A stretch of 64,000 nt of DNA from Deltaproteobacteria bacterium (GCA_040218735.1 JAVJQW010000019.1:192001-256000); one strand, 5' to 3'. Positions 9,361-19,784 are shown, numbered from the stretch's first letter. Translations and numbers: made by a program. The notes: generated from the sequence alone by a model not told the origin.

Positions 9361-10797
9361 CTACTCCCCATCGAGCGGGAACCCCGCTGCCGCCCAACCC
9401 TCGATGGCCGCGATCTCCGCCGCGTTCAGCGGACGGTTCGGCATCAAGGGCATGCGGCCCTCTCGGACGTTGAACAGAATCAAATCGATCTCGGCCTGCC
9501 ACAGCTCGAACGTGTCGAGCGGACGCGCGCTCGCGCGCTCCCCGTGGCAGACCTCGCAGTGGGCCGTCATCAGCGGCGCCACGTCGTCGGTCCAGTTCGG
9601 CACCGGACCCGCAAAGTACGAAAAACGAAGGCTGCTCTCGGCGGTCCGACCGTCGTCGTACGTCGCCACCGCCTTCAAGGTATGGGTGCCGTCGGTGAGC
9701 GTCGTCGGATCGACGGTCACCGACCACGGGCCGGTGCCGGCTTCGATCGCCGCGTCGTCGAGCGTCGCGGTCAGGCTCGTGATGCGCTCGGGCAACAGCG
9801 GCCGCAGCGTGATCGTCGTGGTGGTCAGCAGGAGCGCGCCCTCGTTGACGCCGTCGAAGTCAACGCGTAGCTCGGGGAACACACGCACCAGACGATCGGC
9901 GCCGGCGAGGACGCTGCCGTCGTTCGCCGCCTCGAGCAGCGGACGCACCGCCCCCTGAACCTCCTGGAACGCGCCGTCGAAGTGTCGCCAGACCTCGCTC
10001 ACCGTCTCGATCCACACGGCACCGTCGCGCGCCGCGACCACGCGAACGGCGCCACGAATGGCGTCGCGCTCGCGGAAGGTCCCGTCGAGCCGGCGGCTCC
10101 GGAGGATGCCTCCCCGTTCTACGATCCATAAGGTTCCGTCGGTTGCGGTGGCAAGTGACCGGATGTCGGCCCCGAAGGTCTGGGGGTAGGCCTTGGCACC
10201 GTCCAGGGTGAGCCCATACACCCGGCCCGCCGACAGCACCCACATCGCCGGCACCCCGCCGACCCGCGCCCCGAACGACAGCTCGGCGTCCGCGGTGGGG
10301 AGCCCATCCGGCGCGACCGACGCGCTGGTCCCCGACGACCAGACGCTCAGGCCGCGCTGACTCGCGATCCAGACCCGCCCGTCGGCGATCGCGAGATCGG
10401 TCGCGACGACACCGCCGATGACGTCGACGATCGGCGACGGCTGCATCGCGTCGCCGACCACCGCGAAGAGGCCAAACGACCCACCCACGAGCGGCGTGCC
10501 GTCGACCATCGCCACCGCGCGCACCGCGCCGGCGTCCGCGCCGAGCTCGACCACCGTCGCGGTGTCGACGCGGAGCAGGCCGTCCGGTCCGTCGGCGAGG
10601 ATCGTTCCGTCGTCGAGGCCCGCGGCGAACGTGATCGGTCGCTCCGCGAGCGGATCGACGACGCCTTCGAGCGGTTGGCGGATGATGTCGAATTCGGGCG
10701 GCGGCGCGACGCCACCATCACGCGTGGGTTCGACGGGAGTCGTCGCGTCGCACGCGAGCGCGGCGAGCAGGAGCGTCGCGTGTACCGTGCTTCGCAT
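9361..10797 (-). CDS. Lipoprotein with beta-rich repeats, Ig-like domain and C-terminal cytochrome c
   Basis: LAALAC lipobox; LTDGTHTLKAVA Ig-like strand; HCEVCH plus GRMP (distal Met). Confidence 0.8.
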   Translation of the reverse strand: MRSTVHATLLLAALACDATTPVEPTRDGGVAPPPEFDIIRQPLEGVVDPLAERPITFAAGLDDGTILADGPDGLLRVDTATVVELGADAGAVRAVAMVDGTPLVGGSFGLFAVVGDAMQPSPIVDVIGGVVATDLAIADGRVWIASQRGLSVWSSGTSASVAPDGLPTADAELSFGARVGGVPAMWVLSAGRVYGLTLDGAKAYPQTFGADIRSLATATDGTLWIVERGGILRSRRLDGTFRERDAIRGAVRVVAARDGAVWIETVSEVWRHFDGAFQEVQGAVRPLLEAANDGSVLAGADRLVRVFPELRVDFDGVNEGALLLTTTTITLRPLLPERITSLTATLDDAAIEAGTGPWSVTVDPTTLTDGTHTLKAVATYDDGRTAESSLRFSYFAGPVPNWTDDVAPLMTAHCEVCHGERASARPLDTFELWQAEIDLILFNVREGRMPLMPNRPLNAAEIAAIEGWAAAGFPLDGE

Positions 10798-10855
10798 TGG
10801 CGTAGAGTTCGCGCGCATGCAGGACCGATTTCCTCGTCTCACCTATATAACGCTC

Positions 10856-13800
10856 ATGGGGTATCGGGTCCTGTTCATCGCCTCGGTCGGCGCCAACATC
10901 ATCGCATGTTCTGGCGGCACCATCGAACCGCCTGCGACACGCGACGGAGGTTTCACACGCGACGCCGGCTTCGAACGTCGCGACGGCGGACCGCGCGACG
11001 CCGGGTCTCAGATTCCTGACGGTGGCGCGATGCTCGAACCCTGCGCGCCGGCGTTGTCCGTCACGCCGACGACCGCCGCCGTGCTCCCGTTCGGTCTTTA
11101 CACCGTGCGTCCGCAGGGCGGCACCGGCGCGTACCGCTTCGCGCTCGAAGCGAACGAGTCCGACGCGATCATCAACGCGCTCTCCGGCGCCTACCTCGCG
11201 GGCGGCGCGGGGGGCTCGGTCGATCGTGTCCTCGTCACCGACGACGGCTGCATCGGAGAGACCCGCGTCGACGTCCGCGTCGTCGAGCCGCTCCAGATCC
11301 GCCCCTTCGACATCACCGCTCCCCCCGCCACGTCGTGGCGCTTCGTCGGCGTGGGCGGCACCGGCGACTTCACGTTCGCGCTCCTCGTCGACGGCACCGG
11401 CGCGACGCTCACCGCGGACGGCAACTACACCGCGGGCATGGCGGAGGGCACCGACCGCATCCAGCTCGTCGACAACCAGACCGGCCAGACCTCCGAAGCC
11501 ACCGTCGTCATCGCGAACGACGCGACGATGGCACCCGCACCGCCGTTTGTCTTCGTCGCGGCGGGGCAGACGTTCGATCTCGACATCGTCGGCGGCAGCG
11601 GATTCGTCGAGGTCGTCGAGTCCGTCACGACGTTTGCGCTCGAAGACGGCCGCATCGTCCGCGGGCTCGCGCCGGGGCGCTCGCAAGTCACCTTGCGCGA
11701 CGTCTACACCGGACAGACCGCCCCCTTCCGCGTGCAGACCGCGGCGTCTCAGAGCTACACGCCGGTGCGCTTCGGTCCGCAGCTGTCGAGCTCACGCACA
11801 CTCGCCGCCGGGGACCTGGACGGGGACGGCTTCGACGACGTCATCGCGTCCACGCCCGAGGGATCCGCGAACGGCTACCTGACGGGCGCGGTGTTGGTGT
11901 ATCGCGGCAGCGCGGCGGGGATCGATCCCACGCCCGCGCAGGTGCTCACCGGAGAGACGCGCCGCGATCTATTCGGCAACGACGTCGCGATCGGCGACTT
12001 CGACGAGGACGGCGAGACGGACCTCGTCGTCGGCGTGCCGCGCCTCGACATCGGCGGCACCGACGTCGGCGCGGCGATCATCTACAAGGGCATCGCGGGC
12101 GGCTTCTTCGAGACGACGCCGTGGCGAACGCTCTCCGGCCGCTTCTCCGGTGACGACTACGGCTGGTCGGTCGAGGTCTGCGACTTCGACGACGACGGAA
12201 AGGACGACATCGCGATCGGCGGCTACCGCACCGAGGATCGTGTGCGGCCGACGCGCGCCAACGACCAGGGCGGCGCGTTCGTCTACTTCAACGGCGACAC
12301 CGGCTTCGCGGATCTCGCGGATCAGATCCGCTGGGGCGACGTGCCCGACGGCTCGGGCGGATGGACGGGCGTCGCGGGGATGCGCTTCGCGACGGAGCTC
12401 GCGTCCGGCGACATCAACGGCGACGGCGTGTGTGACCTCGTCGTCGGCGCGCACGAGTGGGACCAGACCACGAACACCAACGACGGCCTCGTCATGGTCT
12501 TCGCGGGCAGCGCGATGGGCGTGTCGGAGCGCCCGGTCCTCGCGTGGGCGAACGACAACACCGGCGACCGCGGCGGGCAGTTCGGTCGGCGCATCGCGAT
12601 CGGCGACATCGACATCGACGGCAAGGACGACCTCGCGATCTCGAACTTCGCGTACGACAACGGCAACAGCGATCAACACGGCGCCATCCGTGTCTTCCGC
12701 GGCCGCGACTTCGCCGGCCCGATCGACACCCTCACGAGTTACACCCCCGCCGACTTCGAGTACCTCAACCCGCAGAGCTTCGACTGGTTCGGCTTCGCGC
12801 CCGCGATCGGCGACGTCACCGGCGACGGCGTCGCGGACCTCGTGACCGGCAACCCGATCGACGAAGCGGAGGGCGGCCCCGGCGCGTCCGGGACGATCGC
12901 GATCTTCGTCGGTCGCGAAGCCGGCCTCCCGGACCCCGCGGTGGAGCCGATCCGCATCGGCACCGAGACCTCGCAGGATCGGATCGGGCTCGGCGTCGCG
13001 ATCGTTCGCGACGTGGACGGCGACCGCCGAAACGACATCGTCACGTTCAGCGCGTACGGCGGAACGGAAGGCGTCGAGGTCGGCGCGCCGTGGGTCGTCA
13101 CTACCGGCGACACGCCGACCGCGACGCCGCTCGATCACCCCGGCGAAGCGTCGGGTGGTTACTTCGGATCCGACGCGGCGATCGTCGGCGACGTCAACGG
13201 CGACGGCTTCGAGGACCTCGTGGTCGGCGCCGAGCAGCACCCGGGGATGGGGCGCGTCGCCGGCGGGGCCTTCCTCTACACCGGCTCCGCCGCCGGCTTC
13301 GCGAACAGCCCGGCGCTCGAGCTGACCGGCTTCACGACGCACAGCGCGGGCGACTACTTCGGTCGCGCCGTCGCACCCGCGGGCGACTTCGACGACGACG
13401 GCGTACAGGACTTCGCGGTCATCGCGCGCTTCGAAGATCGGCCCGCGTCGTTCAACACGAACAACTACGTCGCCGAAGCGAGCTGCGCCGGCTCCCAGAA
13501 CAACCCCGGCGCGGTGTACGTGTTCCGCGGCTCGGCGAACGGCCTCCCCTCCTCGGAGCCCGCGTTCATCTACTACGGCCCGGTCGCCGGCGACGGCCTC
13601 AACGCGCTCGACGGCGGGTTCGACTTCAACGGCGACGGCTTCGACGACCTCGTGGTCGGCAACTACGACGACGACGAAAACGGCGGCAACGCGGGCATGG
13701 TCGCCGTCGTCGCCGGACGCGCGCGCGACACGATGGGGCGCATCACCGTGATCTGCGATCCGTACGTGCGATCGCTCGGACGCCTGAGCAACGATCAGCT

Positions 13801-14542
13801 CGGCCTGTCCGTCGCCGCGATCGGCGACGTGAACCAGGACGGCTGCGACGACCTCGCCGCGGGCGCGCCGTTCGCGGATCCGATGGCGAACAACGAGGGC
13901 GTCGTGCGCGTGCTCTTCGGGTTCGGCGGCGTGGGCTGCCTCGCGTCGCCGATGATGACTTCGATGCGCTCGACGATCGCCAACGCGCAGAGCGGCTACG
14001 CGCTGGGCGGTGGTAACGTCGACGTCGACGGCGACGGCCGCCCGGAGCTCGCGATCGGCCTGCCGTTCCTCGCCGCCGGCGGCAACTCGGTCGGCGGGAC
14101 GATCGTCGCGTACGGCGCGTACATCGACAGCCTCCCGAAGATCGCCAACACCAACGCCCCCACCGCGTGGGCACCGTTCCTCGACGCCGGGCTCCCGCCC
14201 CTGGTCGCCGTGGGTCGCGATGCAGGTGAAGAGGCCGGGCGCAGCGTCGCGCTGATCGGCGGCGGCACGTTCCCCGCGGCGGTCGTCGTGGGCTCCCCGC
14301 GCGGCGACGTCGGCGGCGTGACCCAGTCCGGCGGCGCGCGTGTGTTCCTCTACACGGGCGCCGGCCTCAGCGCCGAGCCCGTCGCGAGCTTCGGCGGCGA
14401 GACGACGCGCACGCAGGGGCTGATCGGCTGGCGCACCCGCGCCGGGTGGTTGAACGGCGCCCCAGCGTTCGTCGTCGGTGGCTACGACGGGTCGGGCGTC
14501 GCGCGCGACAGCGGCTCGGCGTACGCGTTCGACTTCCAGTAG
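10856..14542 (+). CDS. Integrin-alpha-like FG-GAP repeat lipoprotein
   Basis: IIAC lipobox-like motif after ATG 10856; 12 DxDxDGxxD-type loops with GAP/FG motifs; N-terminal Ig-like repeats. Confidence 0.85.
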   Translation: MGYRVLFIASVGANIIACSGGTIEPPATRDGGFTRDAGFERRDGGPRDAGSQIPDGGAMLEPCAPALSVTPTTAAVLPFGLYTVRPQGGTGAYRFALEANESDAIINALSGAYLAGGAGGSVDRVLVTDDGCIGETRVDVRVVEPLQIRPFDITAPPATSWRFVGVGGTGDFTFALLVDGTGATLTADGNYTAGMAEGTDRIQLVDNQTGQTSEATVVIANDATMAPAPPFVFVAAGQTFDLDIVGGSGFVEVVESVTTFALEDGRIVRGLAPGRSQVTLRDVYTGQTAPFRVQTAASQSYTPVRFGPQLSSSRTLAAGDLDGDGFDDVIASTPEGSANGYLTGAVLVYRGSAAGIDPTPAQVLTGETRRDLFGNDVAIGDFDEDGETDLVVGVPRLDIGGTDVGAAIIYKGIAGGFFETTPWRTLSGRFSGDDYGWSVEVCDFDDDGKDDIAIGGYRTEDRVRPTRANDQGGAFVYFNGDTGFADLADQIRWGDVPDGSGGWTGVAGMRFATELASGDINGDGVCDLVVGAHEWDQTTNTNDGLVMVFAGSAMGVSERPVLAWANDNTGDRGGQFGRRIAIGDIDIDGKDDLAISNFAYDNGNSDQHGAIRVFRGRDFAGPIDTLTSYTPADFEYLNPQSFDWFGFAPAIGDVTGDGVADLVTGNPIDEAEGGPGASGTIAIFVGREAGLPDPAVEPIRIGTETSQDRIGLGVAIVRDVDGDRRNDIVTFSAYGGTEGVEVGAPWVVTTGDTPTATPLDHPGEASGGYFGSDAAIVGDVNGDGFEDLVVGAEQHPGMGRVAGGAFLYTGSAAGFANSPALELTGFTTHSAGDYFGRAVAPAGDFDDDGVQDFAVIARFEDRPASFNTNNYVAEASCAGSQNNPGAVYVFRGSANGLPSSEPAFIYYGPVAGDGLNALDGGFDFNGDGFDDLVVGNYDDDENGGNAGMVAVVAGRARDTMGRITVICDPYVRSLGRLSNDQLGLSVAAIGDVNQDGCDDLAAGAPFADPMANNEGVVRVLFGFGGVGCLASPMMTSMRSTIANAQSGYALGGGNVDVDGDGRPELAIGLPFLAAGGNSVGGTIVAYGAYIDSLPKIANTNAPTAWAPFLDAGLPPLVAVGRDAGEEAGRSVALIGGGTFPAAVVVGSPRGDVGGVTQSGGARVFLYTGAGLSAEPVASFGGETTRTQGLIGWRTRAGWLNGAPAFVVGGYDGSGVARDSGSAYAFDFQ

Positions 14543-14555
14543 GAGAGACGGCGCC

Positions 14556-15206
14556 TCACCACCAGCGCGTCACCCGCGGCCTCCCGCTCGGACCGGGCAA
14601 CCACAACAACACCGCCGCCATCGCGCCGGCGAGCACGCGCGACGCACGCGGCGCGGACGCCGCGAGGTGCAGCTCACCTCGCAGGTCGAGGGCCGCGATC
14701 CACTGCCCTTCTCGATAGAGGTCGTAGCCGACGACCGTGGGCGCGCTCGTGGCCACCGGCCGGGCCGTCCACTTCGTGGCCGCGCCGGCGACGCCGACGA
14801 TGAGCACGGCGTCTTCGTCGGCGTCCGCGTCCTCGTTCAGGATCATCGCGGCGTTCGTGGTGCCGAGGCGCGCGGCGCCCGGGGCGTCGCTCGCGATTGG
14901 GCCGGTCACGCGTATCGAGCACTTCGCGTCGCGGCCCAGCTCGTGGATGTGGCCGAAGCAGCTTACGTCGGCGACCGGGCCGGGTTCGTGGCGAACCTCG
15001 AGCGTCAGGCCGGTCTCCCCGTAAGTCCAGCGTACCGGGTCGACGCGCGCGAACGTCAGGACGTCCGTGGCGAATTCCATCGGGTCCTCGGTCGAGCGAG
15101 CTTCGATCACCTCGTGGAGCACCTCCGCATCCGCGGGCGCGGCGGTTTGCATCGGCGTCGCGCAGCCGACGGCCGCGCAAGCCAGCATGCAAAGACGAAC
15201 GTTCAC
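14556..15206 (-). CDS. Hypothetical lipoprotein
   Basis: AAVGC lipobox; start overlaps the stop of the MutS-like gene. Confidence 0.65.
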   Translation of the reverse strand: MNVRLCMLACAAVGCATPMQTAAPADAEVLHEVIEARSTEDPMEFATDVLTFARVDPVRWTYGETGLTLEVRHEPGPVADVSCFGHIHELGRDAKCSIRVTGPIASDAPGAARLGTTNAAMILNEDADADEDAVLIVGVAGAATKWTARPVATSAPTVVGYDLYREGQWIAALDLRGELHLAASAPRASRVLAGAMAAVLLWLPGPSGRPRVTRWW

Positions 15207-16918
15207 GAGGTCTTCCGCTTCACGAGCGTGAGCAGCTCCTCGCGCGTGACGCCGAGGCGCGCCGCGGCCTGCGCGGCGAGCGACGTCGAAGCGACACCTT
15301 CGACGAAGCCGAACGTCGGGTGCTCGTGTTCGTCGAGCTCCACCTGGAGGAACGACAGCCCCAGCTCGTCCGCGCGCTCTTGGAGGCGATGCGCGAAGCC
15401 GAGGAAGTGCGTGGTGACGAACGTCTCCGGCTCGAGCTCGTTGAGGAGCGAGATGACGAGCATGAAGATCTCTTCGCCCTCCGACGGGTTCGTGCCCGAG
15501 CAGAGCTCGTCGAGGATCACCAACGCGCCGGGGCGCGCGCGCTCGAAGAGTCGGCGAATGCGTAGCAGCTCCGTGCCGAGGCGTCCCTCCGCCTGGTCGA
15601 ACGCCTCCTCCTGCACGAGCGAGCAGAAGATGCCGGGGACGCGCCGCAAGGTAGCTTGCCGCGCGGGCACGAAGAAGCCGACCTGCGCGAGGAGCTGCGT
15701 CAGCCCGAGCGCCTGGAGCAGGCGTGTCTTCCCGCCGCTGTTCGGGCCGGTCACGAGGGTGATGGCGCCGGGGCCTCGGGTGTCGAGGTCACACGGCACG
15801 GGCGTGACGTTCTGAGCGAAGAGGAGCGGGTTGAAGAGCCCTTCGATCCTGCGCGGCCCGTCCGACGAAAGGTCCGGCATCGACACTTCGAGCCCGGCCT
15901 TGGCGCAGCGATCGCGAAACGCCAACGCGGCGAGGTAGAACTCGACCTGCCCGACCAGCTGCAACAACCCCGGGAGGAGCGGCTCGACCTCGACGTAGAC
16001 GGCGTCGATCCACCGGTTCACCAGCTCGTTTTCGTTGAAGCGGTACCCGCGCAGCCACAGCAGGATGCGGCTCCACAGGCGCTGCGTCGGCGACTCGTAG
16101 AAGCGGTTGTCGCTGTTCTCCGCGATGCGCCCGACACCGAACTTGCGTACGCGGCCGTCGGCGCCGAGCTGCAGGCTGAGGTCGACGGTCGCGAGGTTGC
16201 GTTCGTGATCGAGGAGGTCACACAGTTTCCCGAACCCCTCCGACGCCGCGATCTGCGCACCGGTCTCCCGCACCGTCTTCAACGGCGAGTCGGGGTCGTC
16301 GAAGCCCGACGCCATGTGCTCGACGATCGCGCGGATCGCGGCGAGGGTTTCGAGGCGGCGGTGGAAGAGCTCGTCGCGGCCCTCTTGCTGCGTGACGAGG
16401 AAGAGCTTCCGGAGCTTCTCGAGGCGGCGGTACAGCTCGACGAGCTCGGTGCGGAGACCTTCGTCCTCCGCCAACCGCGCGAGGATCGCGCGGCGGTGAT
16501 CGAGGATCGCGGGGTCGGCCGGCGGGTTGGTCAGCAGCGCGAGGAGGGTCTTCTGATCGATCGACCTCGGCTTGCCGTCGATCTCCGGGATGCACACGAC
16601 CTGGATGAGGTGGTCGACGTAGAGGTGCTTCGCAAACGACGCCGACTCCCAGTCGGAGCGCTCCAGGCACACCTCGGAGAGGTAGTGTTTGATCGTGTCC
16701 GCGGCGTCGCCGCCCGCGAACGCAAAGCCGAGCTGCGGGACGAGGAGGTCGTCGTCGATCGTCATCCGCGGCTCGGGGTGGAGCAGGTCGACGCACGGCC
16801 CCTTCGGCGGTTGGGGCGCGGTGCGTTTGGATTGGCGCGGGAGGACGACCTCGTCGCTGGGGAGGCTGTCCCGGGCGAGGACCCGGCGGGCCATTCGAGA
16901 TCGGCGGGAGCTCAGCAC
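15203..16918 (-). CDS. MutS-related ATPase (domain V only; start uncertain)
   Basis: Walker A TGPNSGGKT, Walker B ILDELCSGT, VTTHF, GVASTSLA; no mismatch-recognition domain. Confidence 0.85.
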   Translation of the reverse strand: MLSSRRSRMARRVLARDSLPSDEVVLPRQSKRTAPQPPKGPCVDLLHPEPRMTIDDDLLVPQLGFAFAGGDAADTIKHYLSEVCLERSDWESASFAKHLYVDHLIQVVCIPEIDGKPRSIDQKTLLALLTNPPADPAILDHRRAILARLAEDEGLRTELVELYRRLEKLRKLFLVTQQEGRDELFHRRLETLAAIRAIVEHMASGFDDPDSPLKTVRETGAQIAASEGFGKLCDLLDHERNLATVDLSLQLGADGRVRKFGVGRIAENSDNRFYESPTQRLWSRILLWLRGYRFNENELVNRWIDAVYVEVEPLLPGLLQLVGQVEFYLAALAFRDRCAKAGLEVSMPDLSSDGPRRIEGLFNPLLFAQNVTPVPCDLDTRGPGAITLVTGPNSGGKTRLLQALGLTQLLAQVGFFVPARQATLRRVPGIFCSLVQEEAFDQAEGRLGTELLRIRRLFERARPGALVILDELCSGTNPSEGEEIFMLVISLLNELEPETFVTTHFLGFAHRLQERADELGLSFLQVELDEHEHPTFGFVEGVASTSLAAQAAARLGVTREELLTLVKRKTS

Positions 16919-16920
16919 GA

Positions 16921-18063
16921 TCAGGCCTCGTAGTACCGCGGAACGCGGGTGTTGATCGACGTCAGAACTTCGTAGGGGATCGTATCGAGCCAGTCGGCGA
17001 GCTGCTCCACGGCGATGGCTTCGTCGCCCTGCTTGCCGAGGAGCACGACCTCGTCGCCGTTGTAGGCGGTCCCGTCGGCGCCGATGTCGACCATCATCGC
17101 GTCCATCGTGATGCGTCCGACGATGGGGTAGCGGGCGCCGTGGATCAGCACCTCCGCATGAGCGGAGAGGCGCCGGGCGTAGCCGTCGCCGTAGCCCACG
17201 GGCAGCGTGACGACGCGGGTGTCCCGGGTGGGGGCCCAGGTCGAGTCGTAGCTCACGGGGTGCCCGGCGCGAACGACCTTGAAGTAGACGACGCGGGTGC
17301 GCAGCGACAGCGTCGGCTCGATCGCGATCGAGCGCGCGACGTGCGGTGAAGGGTAGACGCCGTACAGGATCAGCCCGGGGCGCACCATGTCGAAGTAGGT
17401 GTCGGGGTGCCCGAGGATCGCGCCCGAGTTCGCGATGTGTCGCGGCGGCGTCGGCTCCGAGCGCCGCGCGAAGAAGGCGGTGGCCTCTTCGAAGCGTTCG
17501 AGCTGCAGGCGCGTGTAGCTCGGATCCGCGGCGTCGGACGAGGCGAAGTGCGAGAAGACGCCCTCGATCGCGCAGTGCTTCGAACGCAGCGCGGCCTCGA
17601 AGAGTTTGTCGCAGCTGTCCCAGTGGATGCCGATGCGCTCCATGCCCGTGTCGACTTTGAGGTGCACGCGCGCGGTTTTGTTCCGCTCCTTCGCGACCTC
17701 TTCGATCTGCTCGAGCTTGAACGGGGAGGCCGCAGTGATCGCGAGGTCGTAGTCGATGAAGTGGACGATCTGGTTTCCGATCAGGCCGCCGAGCACGAGG
17801 ATCGGTGCGTCGATCCCGGCGCGGCGCAGGCGGATCCCCTCTTCGAGGAACGCGACCCCGAGCTGATCCACGCCCGCGTCGAGGAGCGCCTTCGAGGTCC
17901 GCTCCAGGCCGTGCCCGTAGGCGTTGGCCTTCACGATGCCCATGATCTTCGCCGCGCCGACCTTCGCGCGAATCGCCCGCACGTTCCGCGCGAGCGCGCC
18001 AAGGTCGACCACCGCGGTCGTGGGGCGGAGCGCCACCCCCTCGTCGTCCACGGGCTCGATCAT
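16921..18063 (-). CDS. alr: Alanine racemase
   Basis: VKANAYGHG (PLP lysine), KVDTGMERIG, GYGDGY, GRITMD, TIPYEV. Confidence 0.97.
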   Translation of the reverse strand: MIEPVDDEGVALRPTTAVVDLGALARNVRAIRAKVGAAKIMGIVKANAYGHGLERTSKALLDAGVDQLGVAFLEEGIRLRRAGIDAPILVLGGLIGNQIVHFIDYDLAITAASPFKLEQIEEVAKERNKTARVHLKVDTGMERIGIHWDSCDKLFEAALRSKHCAIEGVFSHFASSDAADPSYTRLQLERFEEATAFFARRSEPTPPRHIANSGAILGHPDTYFDMVRPGLILYGVYPSPHVARSIAIEPTLSLRTRVVYFKVVRAGHPVSYDSTWAPTRDTRVVTLPVGYGDGYARRLSAHAEVLIHGARYPIVGRITMDAMMVDIGADGTAYNGDEVVLLGKQGDEAIAVEQLADWLDTIPYEVLTSINTRVPRYYEA

Positions 18064-18150
18064 GCGAGCGAAACGTTAGCCCGCGCCGCGCGACTTCCCC
18101 AGAAAAACACGATTGCCAGGCGGGATGGGATCCGACAGCGTCGCCGCGGG

Positions 18151-18348
18151 ATGGAAGACCGCATCACCGACCTCGAGCTTCGGTACACGCACCAGCAGGA
18201 CCTCATCGAGAAGCTCGACGCGGAGCTCCTCGGGGCGAACCGCACCATCGACGTGCTGCAGAAACGCGTGGAGCGACTGGAGCACACCCTCGAACAGGTG
18301 CTCGCGATCGTGGACGTCCCCACGAACGAGAAGCCGCCGCACTACTGA
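18151..18348 (+). CDS. slyX: SlyX family protein
   Basis: MEDRITDLELRYTHQQ...EKPPHY signature. Confidence 0.9.
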   Translation: MEDRITDLELRYTHQQDLIEKLDAELLGANRTIDVLQKRVERLEHTLEQVLAIVDVPTNEKPPHY

Positions 18349-18352
18349 CCCG

Positions 18353-19777
18353 TCACGGGAGGGCGGCGAGCGGAGCGAGCTTCGCGGCGACGGCGGCACG
18401 CGCCTCGAGCTCGGCCGTGACCTTGTCGTCCAGCGTCTTCAGCACCGCGTCGAGGATCTCCGGCAGCGTGACGCCGCCGCGCTCGATCGACGCCCGCGCG
18501 CGCAAGTACCCGAGGCCCCCGTGATCCGTGGGCGCCAGCTGCCCAACGCAAACCGCCAAGGTGCGGAGCGCATCGATGCTCATCGCGTCGAACGCGACGA
18601 ACCCGCGCCGCCCCTCGATACCCTCCAGCCGCAACGTCGCCTCGGCGCCGTCGGTGCGGAGCCGATACCCCTCGACGGGGCGCGCTGCATCGTCGGGGAA
18701 CGCGGCGACGCTGCGCACCGGGTCGCACGCAGGGAGGCCGGGGTACACACCCTCGTCGAGCGGATAGGGCGCGGGGTTCATCAGGGCCAACAGATCATGT
18801 TCGACGCGGTCGCGGACTTGGGGCGGCCAGTCGTCGTGCTTCGCGGCGGCGAGGAGGTCGGCGGCGGACAAAACCTCGTCGTAGGCGTCGATGGCGCGCG
18901 CCACGATCAGGAGCGCGGTCGCGATCCGACCGAGGCCGGCCGCCCGGTGGACGGGGCCGTCGACGACGTCCTCGGGTTCGAGCGCGGCGAGCACGTCGAC
19001 GAGCGTGGCGTCGTGCTCGGCGACGTGGGCCGCGAACAACGCGAGCGCGTCGCGGGTGTGGTCGGGGCGCCTCTTCTTCTTCGCGGGCTTCGCGGCTTCG
19101 AGCTGGGCGACGCGGTCGAGCGCCGCGCCGACGGCGTCGATGTCCGCCGCCGCCATCTCGCCGATGGGGCGAGGAAGATCGAGCTGGCCGGGGTCGTCGA
19201 GGACGATGCGTCCGTCCTCGACGAGGGCTTGTTTGCGATCGAGCTCGGCGTCGACGACGGCGCGCGCGTCGATGAGCATCCGCTTCGTCGGCGCCGCACC
19301 GAGCGCTTCGCTCGCCGCCTGTAGTGCTTCGGGGCTCCAGCTCCGCGGTGTAGCCGTGTCTACGTCGTCGTCTTCGTCGCGGAAGAGCCGGACATGCGGG
19401 TGCGCGCAGAGCGTGACCCCGCGTTTGTCGTGATCGACCACGCCGACGTGCTTCGCGAAGGGGTCGTGGCCGAAGGCTTCCTCGCGCAGCGCGGCGCGCG
19501 GATCGTGGATCTCGGAGAGGAGGGCGTCGATGAAGTCGCCGAGGTTGTCGACCACGTGCGCGCGCGCGGCGAGCTGGGGACGGTGATCGACGAGCAAGAG
19601 CGTCGCGAGCATGGCGCGGTCGGGATCGTCGTAGGCGGCGGCGTTGATCGAGCGGATCGAGACGCTGGGATCACGGACGACCGCCGACAGGTACGCGAGA
19701 TCTTCCGCGGTGAACGTCGACGCGTCCGCGTGGTCGCGCAGCGATCGGCGCAGGCCGCGGTCGAAGTCGATCGGCAC
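18353..19777 (-). CDS. Hypothetical protein, paralog of 20174..21697
   Basis: 474-aa ORF with coding-like codon usage; full-length similarity to the neighbouring 507-aa ORF. Confidence 0.8.
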   Translation of the reverse strand: MPIDFDRGLRRSLRDHADASTFTAEDLAYLSAVVRDPSVSIRSINAAAYDDPDRAMLATLLLVDHRPQLAARAHVVDNLGDFIDALLSEIHDPRAALREEAFGHDPFAKHVGVVDHDKRGVTLCAHPHVRLFRDEDDDVDTATPRSWSPEALQAASEALGAAPTKRMLIDARAVVDAELDRKQALVEDGRIVLDDPGQLDLPRPIGEMAAADIDAVGAALDRVAQLEAAKPAKKKRRPDHTRDALALFAAHVAEHDATLVDVLAALEPEDVVDGPVHRAAGLGRIATALLIVARAIDAYDEVLSAADLLAAAKHDDWPPQVRDRVEHDLLALMNPAPYPLDEGVYPGLPACDPVRSVAAFPDDAARPVEGYRLRTDGAEATLRLEGIEGRRGFVAFDAMSIDALRTLAVCVGQLAPTDHGGLGYLRARASIERGGVTLPEILDAVLKTLDDKVTAELEARAAVAAKLAPLAALP

Positions 19778-19784
19778 GTCAGGG

